A DNA stretch of 64,000 nucleotides from Somniosus microcephalus (GCA_052327205.1 CM126224.1:40052001-40116000), one strand, 5' to 3'. Shown: positions 25,788 through 38,748, numbered from the stretch's first letter. Notes: generated from the letters alone by a model not told the origin. Program-made: numbers and translations.

Positions 25788-26610
25788 AGGGGAGTTATCC
25801 CCAGTGTCCTGGCCAATATTTATCACTCAATCCACGTAACAAAAACAGATTATCTGGTCATTATCACATTGCTGTTTGTGGGAGCTTGCTGTGCGCAGGT
25901 TGGCTGCCACGTTTCCCACATTACAACAGTGACTACACTTCAAAAGTACTTCATTGGCTGTAAAGAGCTTTGAGACGTCCGGTGGTCATGAAAGGCACTA
26001 CAGGTAGACTACCTTTTATCCGAACTTCCGAAAACCGAAACCCTCTAAAAACCGAAGGTTTTTTCGTTCAGCGTAAGTCGTGCGCACGACATGACCAGAG
26101 TGGCGCACGACTTACGCTGAGCAGAGGGTCAGCGTAAGTCGTGCGCACGACCCCCCGCGGACCCCCGCCGACCCCGACCCCCGCCGACTTATGCTGAGCA
26201 GAGGGTCAGCGTAAGTCGTGCGCACGACCCCCTGCCGACCCCCCCGCGGAACCACCTGACTCTCTTCCAAAGGCTCGAAAGCAACGAGAGCTCTGAGCCC
26301 GCGGCGGTGCCGGCCCCTGTTCCGGCTGAGCACGACGACCTGTTGGTGGAAATGCGGAACTTCATTGCATTCCAGGCTAGCAGCGACGGACAAGCCACGA
26401 CTGCGGACCCCCCCGCGGACCCCCGCGGACCCCCCGCGGAACCCCCCCGCCGACGCCGACCCCCCCGCGGACCCCCGCCAACCCCGAACCCCGCCGACCC
26501 CGACCCACCTTCCGAAATCCGAAATTTTCCGAAAACCGAAACACGGCTGGTCCCGAGGTTTTCGGATAAAGGATAGTCTACCTGTATATATAAAAAATGC
26601 AAGTCTTTCT
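25788..26610 (+). mobile_element. Deu-domain SINE whose tail is split by a Tigger-like MITE
   Basis: SINE body 25788-26000; tail GAAAGGCACTA|TATAAAAAATGCAAGTCTTTCT resumes after 26584. Confidence 0.72.
26001..26584. mobile_element. pogo/Tigger-like (Tc1-mariner superfamily) MITE with internal repeats
   Basis: TIR CAGGTAGACTACCTTTTATCCGA / TCGGATAAAGGATAGTCTACCTG; TA on both sides; repeated CAGCGTAAGTCGTGCGCACGAC and CCCCGCGGACCCC units. Confidence 0.85.
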
Positions 26611-27626
26611 CTGAATTCCAATGATTGGACAAGCAATAAAACTGCCTGCAATTTTTTTTAAAATTAATAAATTGAGTTCCCAGATTCACATATTAGGTGA
26701 ATGTCACACATTTTAAGACATGAGAAGAGTGACTGTAGTACTAAGTTAATGAAGGAGGAGACATGCGCAGGTTGGGGGCTTATAATGTAAGTCATTGTTT
26801 TGGTATGTGAGGGAAGGTTTTCTTGGTGCATGAGGCATAATCACAGTTATTGCGCCTCGCACAGGCAAATCTCCCCCCCCTCCTCGCCCCACCGAAAATG
26901 TGGTGGGAATCCAGCTGTACCTGTACCTTTGTGTTCATTAGTTCTGATTTATTAGTAAAAGTCAATTACTATTTAAAATAAAGATTTTTTTTTAAACGTA
27001 TCTAAACTGCAGCATCCAACAGTTGGTCTGAACGTAAAACATTTTTTTTTCCTGATTCTTTTTCACTCCCGACGGTGTTGGCTGCTTACTGGTATGTGGT
27101 TCCATGGTGCTGGCACCTCTCTATCCCACCCATGTTCAGCTTAGATACTGAACGTTAGGCCATTCAACCGTGGAGAGCATCACACCAGAGACCATTCCTG
27201 CCCCCTCATCCAAGGTACACAAACCTGAACTGCCCAAACTTCCCAGCAATAACGAAAAGGAGCTGGACATGTGCCCAGTTGTTCGCCTTTGTGCCCCAGG
27301 AGCACCGAGTCCAATTTGTGGTGCTGTTAACCCTACAGAGATTAGTGCGCTTAGCACAGGCCAGGACTCCGGTCTGGGACATGACTGGCCTGTATACCCC
27401 TGTAGCACACTGGGCATTGCATTTACCCACCAAGCCATCCAGGGATGACAAACAGCTGGCTTCTAATGGTAACCTAAAGTTAGTTCATCAGCCCAGTCCA
27501 GCGGTGAGGGGAATCGTTATGTAGAGGAGCATGGAGAAGTGTATCAGATCCATAAAACAAAGAGATAGCTAATTACAGTCATCAAATTGATTAACTGGCA
27601 CTTTAAGCAATATAAGTTAGAAAGTA

Positions 27627-27959
27627 CAGGAAACTTTCGTTTAACCGGAGGTTAAAAGTCCGGAAAGCTCTATCTACCGGCAAAATTCAGGAGCCGTTTT
27701 CTATAAGTATTTTTACTTCTTGTTGCTTTTTTTTTCCCAGTCAGGCTCTGCAAGGTCTGTAGCTAAGCAACAGCTTCAGCTAGAGACGCTTGCAGCTGCA
27801 GCCGACTGTTTTGAAGCTGTTGCTAAGCAACAGGGTTTGTTGATTCACACGGAGCTGAAAAGCTCTGTATGTTTTAGCATTGCCGCTGGTTTATACGGCA
27901 GTTTTGATCTAACGGCACCAGCTCGGTCCCGTCAGTGCCGGATACCAGAAAGTTTCCTG
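27627..27959 (-). mobile_element. TA-flanked pogo/Tigger-like MITE (inverted relative to the copies at 50128 and 57421)
   Basis: Perfect TIR CAGGAAACTTTC / GAAAGTTTCCTG; TA TSD; internal GTTGCTAAGCAAC near-palindrome. Confidence 0.85.
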
Positions 27960-29859
27960 TACGTGATATTATAAAGTACAGAGATCGTGCAGCTCGAGTA
28001 GTTTGCATCCTTGAGTGGAGGTGGTAAGGAAATCATTCTTCTGAATTGAATTGGGATAAATTGGAGCACTAAAAAGGAGGTATACTGCACAGGATTATCA
28101 AACGGTACTTAATAGCATGTAGCGTGCTAGTGCTCTACTTATAGGCTTAGCCCGTTTCTGTCAGTCATGCCTTGTTGCTGTGTTGCATGCATTAAAATAG
28201 TTGGTCAGAGGAAGCCTGGGAAGTGCAATTTTTAGGTTGGGCTTCCCTGTGGAAAAATCACAAAGTGTTGCTTCAGCGACAACACGAAAGGGAGGGCTTC
28301 TTACCGAAAGAGCACCGTTTCCATTTGCAGTGTCACTGGAGTGCAACATCACCGCAGGGTGAGTTCAACCAAAATGCCTGTCTGCTTGCTGCCTCAAAAA
28401 AAAACTGGTTTGAAAACATAAATATAGCAACAAGGAGAGACTGACTGATACCTCGCACAATCCACTGATTTACAGGACTGTCCGGGATGGTCAGTAATCT
28501 AGGGTCAGTGCCTTTGCATGCACTAGAATTCTCCATGGGAACGTACTGTCTGGGATGCCTCGAACCCCTGGATGTCAATGGCTGGAAAAGTGAACACCTC
28601 CCAATGGTATCACACGGGTCGGCCCGCCAATTTGGCTCTGGTGTGCTTTACAGCATCGCTGGTCTGTGCAGAACTATCCTCGACCTTGAGTAAAGCCTCA
28701 GCCGGATCATAGTCGCAAGGTGGCTTTCAATTAATTCCATGCGCCCATGAAGTTGCTCAAGCACAGTTTTGCCCTTGTTGCTGCCCCGAGTACATTTGAC
28801 AGCTAGGGGACCATTCAATGGTGTTCCATAATAGAAATGGGGTACAAGTGTCTTCACAAGATCACAGGGTAATTCAGATCAGTAGGTCTCCCCACCTCAC
28901 CCATCTCAGTTCATTCAATGAGGACAACCCTAGGGTCTCCTCAGTGCAGAATCCAATTGCTCGTTAATGAATTCCAGGGTTTTAAACCTCCACAAATTAA
29001 AGTGAGAGTCTATTCTATGCACCAATCACTGTATGAATCCTGATGACATCCTGATGTCAGTCCTAAATCTGCCCCTTACCAGTTAAAACAATCCTTACTC
29101 TCACAATTTAAAGTATATTTTTTGGGTGTCCCTTTTACATGCCATTTACAGTCTTGTATCAAATCTCTCTGATGCCTCCTTTCAAGGGTGAAAAGACCCA
29201 CGTTTCTCCTTGTTTTTGTCTTCCGGGATTAAATTACAGTAACTTCACAATTTAACTGGTGTCAGAGATCATTACACAATTACAGCATTTACAATGACTG
29301 AGAGACAGGTGTGTAATTATCATATATTAATACATGCTAAGGTCTCTATTGCTCTAATGACCTGCCTGCCCATAATTAATATTAGGCACAGTGAGCACTT
29401 GGCTTTCACCAGAGAGAACACAGAAGATAGAAACTAAGCAACACACATGCAGAATTTACATAATATATTACTCTCGGTATAAATCCATTTGGAGAATCCA
29501 GATCAAGATGTGTGCAGTTTACTTGTGGATCGAAACAGTCTCTTATGCTGCCCGCCTGTGCTTTTTTTCCCCCTCAGCTCCCCAAGTGGAGCCATTTACT
29601 GTGCTTAACAAACTTGAAAGTGGAATGGGAAATGAGTTATTAATTCAAAATATATTACATGGTAACAGACAGCTGCCAGTACGTAACAGGGAAGCAATGC
29701 AGTCAAGCAGAATGGATAATTCCATAAAAAGCAAGAGTGACATTCGAGTGGTTTCCAGATCCCAGCTGAAACCCAAGATAGGAATTTTGCTTGCTAGGTC
29801 AATGCCAAGCATTTGTTATTCTCGATAAACATGTCATTTTCACCAAACCTCTTCACCTC

Positions 29860-30044
29860 TCCACTTCTCTCTCCTCCTCCTCCAAGACTCGGCTTAAAAC
29901 CTACCTCTTTGACCAAGCATTTGGCCACCTGTGCTAATGTCTCCTACTTTGGCTCAGTTTTGTCTGATTACTCTCCTGTGGTGCACCTTGGGACATGTTA
30001 CTACTTTAAAGGCGCTATGTAAATACAAGCCGCTGTTGTTGTTG
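29860..30044 (+). mobile_element. L2-type 3' tail fragment
   Basis: CTTAAAACCTACCTCTTTGACCAAGC..AAAGGCGCTATGTAAATACAAG..(TTG)n. Confidence 0.7.
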
Positions 30045-30873
30045 TTTTCTTTTAGGATGTTCATTTATGCAGTGAATTTAGTTGGAGGCAATATGACCAA
30101 GGAGAAAGGGTGATTTAGGTAATAATCAAGCAGCAACTGAAAGTGTAGTGCAAAACTTTTCTTTGCCTAACAGTACGGGGAAGTACTGCACCTTATGTTG
30201 TATGAAAAAACAACCTCGTCTGTTCCTCCAATGGCCTAAGGCTAAATGCACCGTCTGGAGTGTGCTGAGCCGTACAGATCAGGAAAGGTTGGCACAGTGT
30301 CGATCTCCGTCAAGGTAACAACTGGGGTGTTGTAACTGGCTTCAGCGCCCCATCCCATGGAGGGGAAAATGCAACTCGGGTTCCCGCTCCTGATCGTTAT
30401 CCATTGAGCCCTGTTGGAAAGTTTTTGCACGCAAGGACAGGAATGGGATCAGCTATGACGCCTGTGGCAGCAGCCCTATTCCTAATCACTGTCACCGCAC
30501 TCAGTGATAAAAGTGTCAGAGCAAAACATGAACCTGGGATCAGCTATGATGCCTCCGTAGTCTGATGGCACTTGCTGTCTGGGTTCAGGAAAGGTACCAG
30601 GGTTTTGTTGTGGAATTAAACGGCAGCATGAAGCAGAACCTTCAAGCCTCCTCTCAACTGGACCACATCCAGTTCTCCAGACCAATGAAAAAGGAATATC
30701 TTCCATTTTTGTGTCTTGGAAGGTAAAGCTTGAGAAAATGGGAATTGTTTGGCTTGGCGTCACTTCTGCATGCAAAAGTTAGAAAGACTAATCTTTCCAT
30801 GATTGGTATTTATAGATTCTGTGTTGAATATTTCTATCCCATGAATTGAACCTGGTGAGAATTCTGTTTCCAG

Positions 30874-31057
30874 TCTGAATCGAAGATGACAGTCACTTGC
30901 ACAGATGGGAAATGGAACCAACAATTGCTTTGCGAGCCTGTGGATTGCGGGATCCCTGACCAGTACCACATCTACCCTGCCACCTTCTCCTGCCCTGAAG
31001 GGACCACATTTGGCAAGCAGTGCACCTTTCAGTGCAGACCCCCTGCTCTGCTACGAG
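30874..31057 (+). CDS. Pappalysin (PAPP-A family) internal exon: end of CCP1 and most of CCP2
   Basis: tttccAG|SESKMTVTCTDGKWNQQLLCEPVDCGIPDQYHIYPATFSCPEGTTFGKQCTFQCRPPALLR(G)|GTaaga; 184 nt, phase 0 to 1; matches recalled human PAPP-A VTVTCTEGKWNKQVACEPVDCSIPD..FSCPEGTTFGSQCSFQCRHP. Confidence 0.95.
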
Positions 31058-33396
31058 GTAAGAAAAGACCGGAACTGCAGTACAAACCGCCAGGTACCTA
31101 TTTTTGCTCCCTCATCAAAAAAAAATGTAACGTCACAACTGTTGCCGTGTTCTCACCTCCTTGATGAACCATCAGCTCAACAGCCTGAATCTCTAGAGAG
31201 ACACTCTGGAGTCAGAAAAATCCATTCTTTCTGGATGTCTGTGGCAGTAGCCCAACTCCTAATCACTGTCACCGTACTCCTTAGTGATAAAAGTGTCAGA
31301 GCAAAACATGAACCTGGAAGCACTGTGCTAGTTCTGATTGATGCACTGTACAGGATGTGTGCGTATTTAATGCAGCTGAGTGACAAGGTCTTACCCCCCC
31401 CCCCCCCCCACTAAAATAAAAAACATTATCATCTGCAGATTTTGCTCACTCTATAAAACTGTACGGCAAACTAATATACAGTTTTGGATCCAGACAACTG
31501 CATCCTCTGAGCGTCATGTTCCAGGGGTGGGGAGGGAGGCGAGGGGTTGAATAGATAAAAAAATTTTGGCGTCACAGGCACGTTAGTCACTGACATGATA
31601 GAGTATTACAGCCCATTAGCGCTGCATTCTCTGCTCACGCCTTCAACAGCCAGTACATGCAGTCAAGTTCCAGAAACCTCTCTCGGTTGTTTAAAGGTTT
31701 TATACACGTAGTTAAACTTTATTATTTTTAATCTTGTTGCTCCCATCAGGATTGAACCAAGAGAAGAAAGTGAAAACATGGCATTAGCCAGATTTTGAAT
31801 TAAGCAAAGACTATTTCCTTTTATTAGGCCCTGACAAGGCTGCACATCTGTAGTGGTCACACACAGATGTGGAAGTACTAAAATAAACAGCTGAGGGGCG
31901 GGCATTCACTCAATTCGATTATCTTGCCTGCTCTCTTACCCTTTTCAACTTTGGGGATGTCCTAAATTATGGGCCTTGGCCTCGCACTGATGCTCTGAAT
32001 TAAAATAAGATAATACTGACATGAGAGCTGAACGTAAGGCTGATTTGCCATTTATGCTGCTGTTAAAAGGCTGTATATGCTCCCAAAATATTAATGATAT
32101 TGTGGTTTTATGGTTCTGTTGGCAAACCCTAAATACAACTAAGATTTCAAAATGAACATCAAACTCAGGAGACCGTAAATGAGGTGCCACGCAAGGAGCG
32201 CAGACTCCAGAAGTAACTGGGATGGCTTTTCCTCGAGGAGTTGTTTGTTGATGGGGAGGGGGAGCGAATTGCCGATTTCTACCACCCTTTGTATGAAAAA
32301 ATTGGTCTGTGTACCAATGCACCTGTTCAGAAGCGCGGCCATGCAGCTGTCTGAAGTTCCCACGCAGGCCGCTTGCTGGTTTTTCCAATGGTAAAACCGC
32401 GCATTGCCTGAAGCTTGAAGGGGCCGCGCACCCAAAAAAAGAGGGAACATTGATGTGCCCTGTTCAGTGAGGAACTGAGCTGTACAAATCACCCCTGGCC
32501 TGTGTTGAGTGAGCTGATCTCAGACAGGGCAGCGTCAGCTGGCCTCAGCATCCTTGGACCAGGGAAGTGAAAAATCCAGCAAGTTTCCTGTTCCTGATTG
32601 CTAACCAGTATCTCCTGCTGGGGAGTGTGGGTATGTGGAGGTCAGGCAAGGACAGCTGCAGTGCCTCTCATGTCAGTACTCACTACTTCAGCTCACAAAA
32701 GGAAGAATGGCTACCTAGCTGAGGTACCAGGGACTAGCGTGGCCCCGTGGAACCTTACCTCAGGATATATCAGACCAGGGGAACACATTGGGGGTGGGGA
32801 AAGAGCAATGAGGGATGGACAGTCAGATCTTCCCATCAGTGCCATGAAGACATCTTCCCTCAAGCGGGCGGAACATTAAACTTGTTACTTTGAATTGCAC
32901 AATCCACTTCAGACTGCCTTATGTGCAAAATCTCCCTTTTTCCAGTAAACATACATTTTAAGTAAAAGCATTTCCCCACCTCCAGTATTTTTTTTCAGTA
33001 AACGTCCAAGTGCGTCAAGCCAACAAGTTACTTATTGGAACCGATCAGCCTAAAGCAACAATAATAGTTGTTTTTTTAATCCTGAGTAACTTTAAGAAAG
33101 TTGTAGGGAGGCCCTGCCAACAAAAACAAACAGCCCAAGGTTCAAGGGTAGAAAATGGGATAAAGTTTGTGTAAGTGAATGTCTTTAGATATATTTTGTG
33201 CTATAAAACAGTGTTTAGTTGTGGTTTGTAACAGCGTGTACAGGATACGCGTTTCTGGGGAACTGTGAACAATTTGCTTTCCAAATTATTGTGCCAGCAA
33301 TTCCAACAAGGTTGCTTTAGTTTCTAGTCAATGAGGATTTTGACCGTGCCAAAAATGAGTCTTCCATTTGGACTAATGCAATATACTGTTCTGCAG

Positions 33397-33607
33397 GGAC
33401 CAATAACACTCTGACCTGCCTAGACGATGGACTGTGGTCTTTCCCAGAGTCCCTTTGTGAACTGATGTGCCTAGCTCCTCCTCCTGTGCCCAATGCCATG
33501 CTTGACAGCTCGCGGTGTCTACAAGACGGGCACAAGGTTGGCTCGTCGTGTAAATACAAGTGCAGGCCGGGATACCACGTCCCCAACGTCTCAAGAAAGA
33601 TAAGGAA
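33397..33607 (+). CDS. Pappalysin internal exon: CCP2 end and CCP3
   Basis: ctgcAG|(G)TNNTLTCLDDGLWSFPESLCELMCLAPPPVPNAMLDSSRCLQDGHKVGSSCKYKCRPGYHVPNVSRKIR(K)|GTaagt; 211 nt, phase 1 to 2; missing from the ORF track because it has no start codon. Confidence 0.95.
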
Positions 33608-35368
33608 GTAAGTGTCTCGTGTGGTGACAGATTGTTGCCGGGGTGGGGGCAAATGAGGCATCATGAGGTACGCGTTTCTGTTGGTTCTGGATTTGAAAAG
33701 ATCAGTGGAGGCAAACTTCAGCAAAATCACTGAGGAATAAAATTTGCCTTGGGTGATAGCGAATCGGCCACTCATTTTGGCACTCCAGGCCGATTTTCTT
33801 TCCCGTTGACTTCAACGAGAACATTTAAAAAATCGGACGGGGTACAAAATGGGCTGGCGATTCGCGATCGCTTGTGTTGCACTGCCGCCCAAGTTGAATT
33901 TTATACACCCCCCCTCCCCCGTGGGACTGAAGCCTGTTGCATGATTAATTCGTTTTCTTTATACCGACAAAAGCGGATCCCCATGGTACTGTACATCTGA
34001 AAGCAAGCTTGGAAATTGGTTAAAGGTGTCGGAGTTATGAACTAACAAATAATTAGGGTTTTCCTTTAAAGTTGCACCACAAGAATGTAGAAAAACATTC
34101 GCTTGCATGCTAATGTAGTGCCCAGTGCTGTAATGTTAAAAACATGTACAGGGGAAATCGCACTGTTTTTGGCAGCTAGATGCCAGACTCCAATGACGTT
34201 ACCTTATTTGGCGTGTGTTATCAGCAATAACTTCTTTGATGCTAAATTGTGTTTTAATTATTATCAGCCACCAGGCTGAGAAGCACTGCTAGATTGTTAC
34301 ATTTGTCAAGCTACAAAGAGCAGCAATGAACAACATGTTTCACAACCAGCAACTAAGCACGGATTCTTCCTCTGTAAACGTTGAAGAAGAGTGCTCGTTT
34401 CCATTCTTTCAGATATTAAAATTAATTCTGCATGCTAACAGCCTTGCTGCACAATGGAGAGAAATGAATCCTTAGGGAGCTGACCGACTGATGTCAGCTG
34501 GTTAGCGCTGACTGACTTCTGGTAACGGTGAGCATCTCTGAAACCTCATGCATATTTAATTAAATGCATGTAAGTAATGAAACTGATAGATTGTCTTAAA
34601 TAAAAACCAAGGTGAGGAATTCCTTTTGTTCCCCACTGGCTTGAAAGGCTCTTTCTCCATCCCCTTTACCTGTGGCTGTAGCGTTCGATATTTTCTAAAA
34701 AGAATTCGAACTGCCTTTTGCACTCATTACAAAGTATTATTTTCGACACCCGTTTTGTATGTGAAAAAGTAAACTGATCAGGAAGGTCACACTCAAACCC
34801 CAGAGAAATCTCTTCTTCAGATGAGGTGTTAAAACCAAGGGCCTACCTGCCCATTCTGTTTTAGGTGGACTTTTAACTATCTCATGATATTTTGGGGCAA
34901 TTCCGCGATCCCAGTGGGGAGCCACTGTCACAGGGAGAAGCAGGCTACAATGTTGCGGCCTTATCTCCAAGTCCTAGAACTACAGGATCGCGGAATTACC
35001 TCTACCATTTGAAGAGCATTTGAATACCCTTTGTATTTGGACCAACATTCCTCCCTCAATCAATAACATCACAATAAAACTCACTTTCAATATTAAATAT
35101 GAATCTTTTTTTTAACAAGTTTGCTATCTGTCTGCAGTAAAGGATTTTGTCCCTCTTCATTTCCCTATAGTGTGTATTTTCTCCAGTTATGAAGGCAGGT
35201 AGACTACTGACATAGAATTACATTGGGGAAAGAAGTTTCTTCTGAATTCCCTAAGAATGGTGAGAATGTGGGAAGACTCGCTACCACAGGGAGTGGTTGA
35301 AGCAAATAGTATAGATACATTTAAGGGGAGGCTGGACAAGCATATGAGGGAGAAGGGAATAGAGGGTT

Positions 35369-36128
35369 TTGACTTGGATAGAGAACTGGTTGGTGGACAG
35401 AAAGCAAAGAGTTGGAATAAACGGGTCGTTTTCCGAGTGGCAGGCAGTGACTAGTGGGGTACCGCAAGGATCGGTCCTAGGACCCCAGCTGTTCACAATA
35501 TATTTTAATGATCTGGACGAGGGAATTGGATGTAATATCTCCAAATTTGCAGACGACACAAAGCTGGGTGGGAGGGTATGCTGTGAGGAGGATGTTGTGA
35601 AACTCCAGTACGATTTGGACAGGTTGGGTGATTGGGCAGAAACATGGCAAATGCACTATAATGTGGATAAATGTGAGGTTATCCACTTTGGTGGCAAAAA
35701 CAGGAAGGCAGATTATTATTTGAATGGCAATAGATTGGGAGAAGGGGAAGTGCAAAGAGACCTGGGTGTTCTTGTGCACCAGTCTAGATGCAGGAAGGGT
35801 GTTTCTGATGGCTGGGGAGTCCAGAACCAGGGGTCATAGTCTAAGGATAAGGGGTAAGCCATTTAGGACTGAAATGAGGAGGAATTTCTTCACCCAGAGA
35901 GTGGTGAACCTGTGGAATTCTCTGCCACAGAGGGCGGTGGAGGCCAGTTCATTAAATATATTCAAGACGGAGTTGGATATATTTCTTAAGGCTAAAGGGA
36001 TCAAGGGATATGGGGAGAAGGCAGGGACAGGGTACTGAATTTGGATGATCAGCCATGATCTCATTGAATGGCGGAGCAGGCTCGAGGGGCCGAATGGCCT
36101 ACTCCTGCTCCTATCTTCTATGTTTCTA
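35369..36128 (+). mobile_element. CR1 LINE fragment with RT core, internally deleted, nested in another LINE-tail element (35257-35368 + 36129-36240)
   Basis: WIENWLVDRKQRVGING..SGVPQGSVLGPQLFTIYFNDL..KFADDTKLGG (RT motifs incl. FADD) jumps at ~35785 to DAGRVFLMAGESRTRGHS; host element resumes ATGCTGATAAATTTAGATGAGG. Confidence 0.92.
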
Positions 36129-38576
36129 TGCTGATAAATTTAGATGAGGAAAGACGGGAGGAGGCTCGAGTGGAGCATAAACGCCGGCACGGACTGGTTG
36201 GGCCGAATGGCCTGTTTCTGTGCCGTATATCCTATGTATGTAATCCTGTGTATGTAGAACTCCATAGACATTACAACACAGAAATAATTCTTGCAGTAAT
36301 GCAGTGCATATATGAATTAACCAATTTTTTAATAGGTTACCGCAATCTGAATAATTGCTACCAAGCTGCAGGGGAGATTCATGCGCGTTTACAAAGAGTA
36401 AAATAAAAAGGGCAGGAGTAAGAGAGAATGATTTCTTCTTGTGCACTCATCTATGCAGTTTTGGTGAAAAGTAATGCTCAGACTTGGGCGAGACTATCAA
36501 GAACTTCTCTTCGAGTTCAGTCAGACCCTCTGCCGCTGAAATACATCTTAGCAGAATTAAACTGACATTTATTCACCCATTTCTGTTAAAATTGAAATTC
36601 TAAGTGCTTTTTACATCCTGGTCACCAGAGTGTGAACATGCTGCCTCACTGTGTTTATATTTTCATGGCTCTGTGATTCTGACGTAGGAATAAGGGAGCC
36701 AGTTATACCAGTGGAAAGATAGGGAGCTGGTGAGTGGACATTTCTCTCCCAAGGGCTTCCCCTACTTACCTTACACCTACGTTTCTGAAGTTCTAGAATT
36801 CTGCAGTGGGAATAAGGGAACCATTTGTAGCAATATCACTGTGAGGAACCAGCGCATAGATATTACTCTCCCACAAGCCGAAATACAAATGTAAAAGCAC
36901 CTATAGGTGACAGCGTAGCCCACTGTATTGAAGCTCTAACTCTCTGTCCAATGGGATGGAGTTGTAAGGATGCGGATTTGCCCCACAATTCCACACAGTG
37001 CGAGTTTCTAATCTCAGCCATACTGTCACAGAAGACAATGTTTCCCCACAGCAAGGGAAATATTTTCACTTTTGAACTCGTAGATGGAATCACTCCATGA
37101 GCATTCTCCAGCACCTGCTCGTAGCCAACTATGAGCGGCAGAGACAAGGGAGCAGGTCCTTCTCCCACTCTCATAGCCAGACATAGGACAACTGAAGGAA
37201 AGCACAGTAAAATATCAAGCAGCTAACTCAACGGGATTTTAAAAAAATGATAAGCTGAATGCAGTTTTAACTACCTACGGTTCGTAGAAATTCTTTAAAA
37301 AAAAAATCAATAGCGCTCATTATCCAACAGCTGCCCTTTGGAAAGACACTCACTGGGATGACCAATCAAGCACTTGTCAGGCAGGTCCACTTACTGTCAG
37401 GATCCATGCTTATTAGATTTGACAAGAAAGGGAACAATCCTGGGCACTTTTGCCAGATTTTAAGGGGGAGCTGGAAACATTGCATAAATTATGCAAGAAA
37501 TACCATTTTAGAATAGGAAATCAAAACAACTTAAATTGTACCATTAAAAAAAAAAAAAATGAAATGTTAGAACAGTACAACTTAGACTATGTGAAAGTCT
37601 GGTGTTGCATACTAATAGACAGCACTGTAACCTTCACATAATACTTTCATAATATCTACTGACCTCTTAATTCACGAAGGATTCTGCTTTAGGACTGTAA
37701 TTTGATTCAGTTATTTATATCCTGCTGTAAAATATACTATATTTTTGCTGCAGTTAGGAAACTAGAAGTAAACTATTGAAATATTTTATCCACAGAAAGC
37801 ATAAGTGTCAATTTAAATCATTCAATTTTAAACCTGACAATTATCATGGACCTTCCTTCTATTTATGTTCAATACTTCAAAATGCTGGTAATAAATACAA
37901 GCTCCATAGTGCATGTTATTAAAAAATGTAAATACAGCTTAGAGAGAAAAGGCTGTAATTTAATCTTGGAGACCTGCATCCTCATTATGTCGGAAACCAG
38001 ACTTGCTGTAGTCTCCTACTTGAATGTATTTTTTCCCCCCAAGAACATCTTGATTCTTCCCTTTCTTCTACAATCTTCAGATTCTTGAACTTCTACCGTA
38101 GATTTGCAACGCATGTCTCAGCTCAAAGCCTCCACCCTCTGACACTGGCCCACTGTATGTTTCCCCCCTTCCCTCTGCTCCACCATTGGTGGCAGACCTG
38201 CTCAGTAAGCTGAAATTCTCTTCCTAAACCTCTCAGCCTTGCAACTTCTCTCCTTTCTTTCAAAAATCCTGTTCAAAAGCTCCAATAATGTTTTCAGACA
38301 TCTCCCCAAATGTTTCTCCTGCTTGGTCCGTTATTTTTTCATCCCCCCTCCCTGCTTCCACTGTATGAAGAGGCTCGGGATATGTTAAACGCAGGATATA
38401 CGTACTGTATGTTGTTGTTCTGAGAGGAAACACTGTAGAAAACGAGTGGTTTAGATATCAAGATCGCCTTTACAAGTTTCAGAAAACTCCTGAGTAATAG
38501 TGTTGCAATAGAGATTTTGATATAGCTACCTCTTCAGTACAATCAGTTTCTAATTTTCAGTTCTTAATTTTAAAAG

Positions 38577-38748
38577 GAGGACCTTCAAGACGAGGTGCAC
38601 AGAGGATGGGAGCTGGCAGCAAGGAATGTGCGTTCCTGTTATGTGTGAGGCAGTCCCAGCAAAATTTCACGGGTCTTACCAGTGTTCAAATGGCTTCCAG
38701 TTCAACAGTGCCTGCTGGATAAATTGCAGCGATGCCAACAATCAGACT
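38577..38748 (+). CDS. Pappalysin internal exon: CCP3 end and CCP4
   Basis: taaaAG|(K)RTFKTRCTEDGSWQQGMCVPVMCEAVPAKFHGSYQCSNGFQFNSACWINCSDANNQT|GTaagt; 172 nt, phase 2 to 0. Confidence 0.94.

Noticed and set aside
26060-26240. Repeated 22-bp palindromic units resembling a CRISPR array
   Set aside because: Spacers are themselves repetitive, there are no cas genes, the context is vertebrate, and the units lie inside a TA-flanked MITE.
1-30873. Upstream pappalysin exon (CCP1 N-terminal part)
   Set aside because: No Cys-pattern exon with suitable splice sites found by eye; probably upstream of the window, though TBLASTN could reveal a missed exon.
30886-31164. ORF-track proteins at 30886-31164 and 51523-51852 as stand-alone genes
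   Set aside because: Pappalysin similarity stops exactly at GT donors (31057, 51591); the remainder is intron read-through.
33592-38580. Furin site in RKIRKR
   Set aside because: Not a canonical R-X-K/R-R (Ile at P4) and lies within a disulfide-bonded CCP module; better explained as the GAG-binding patch.
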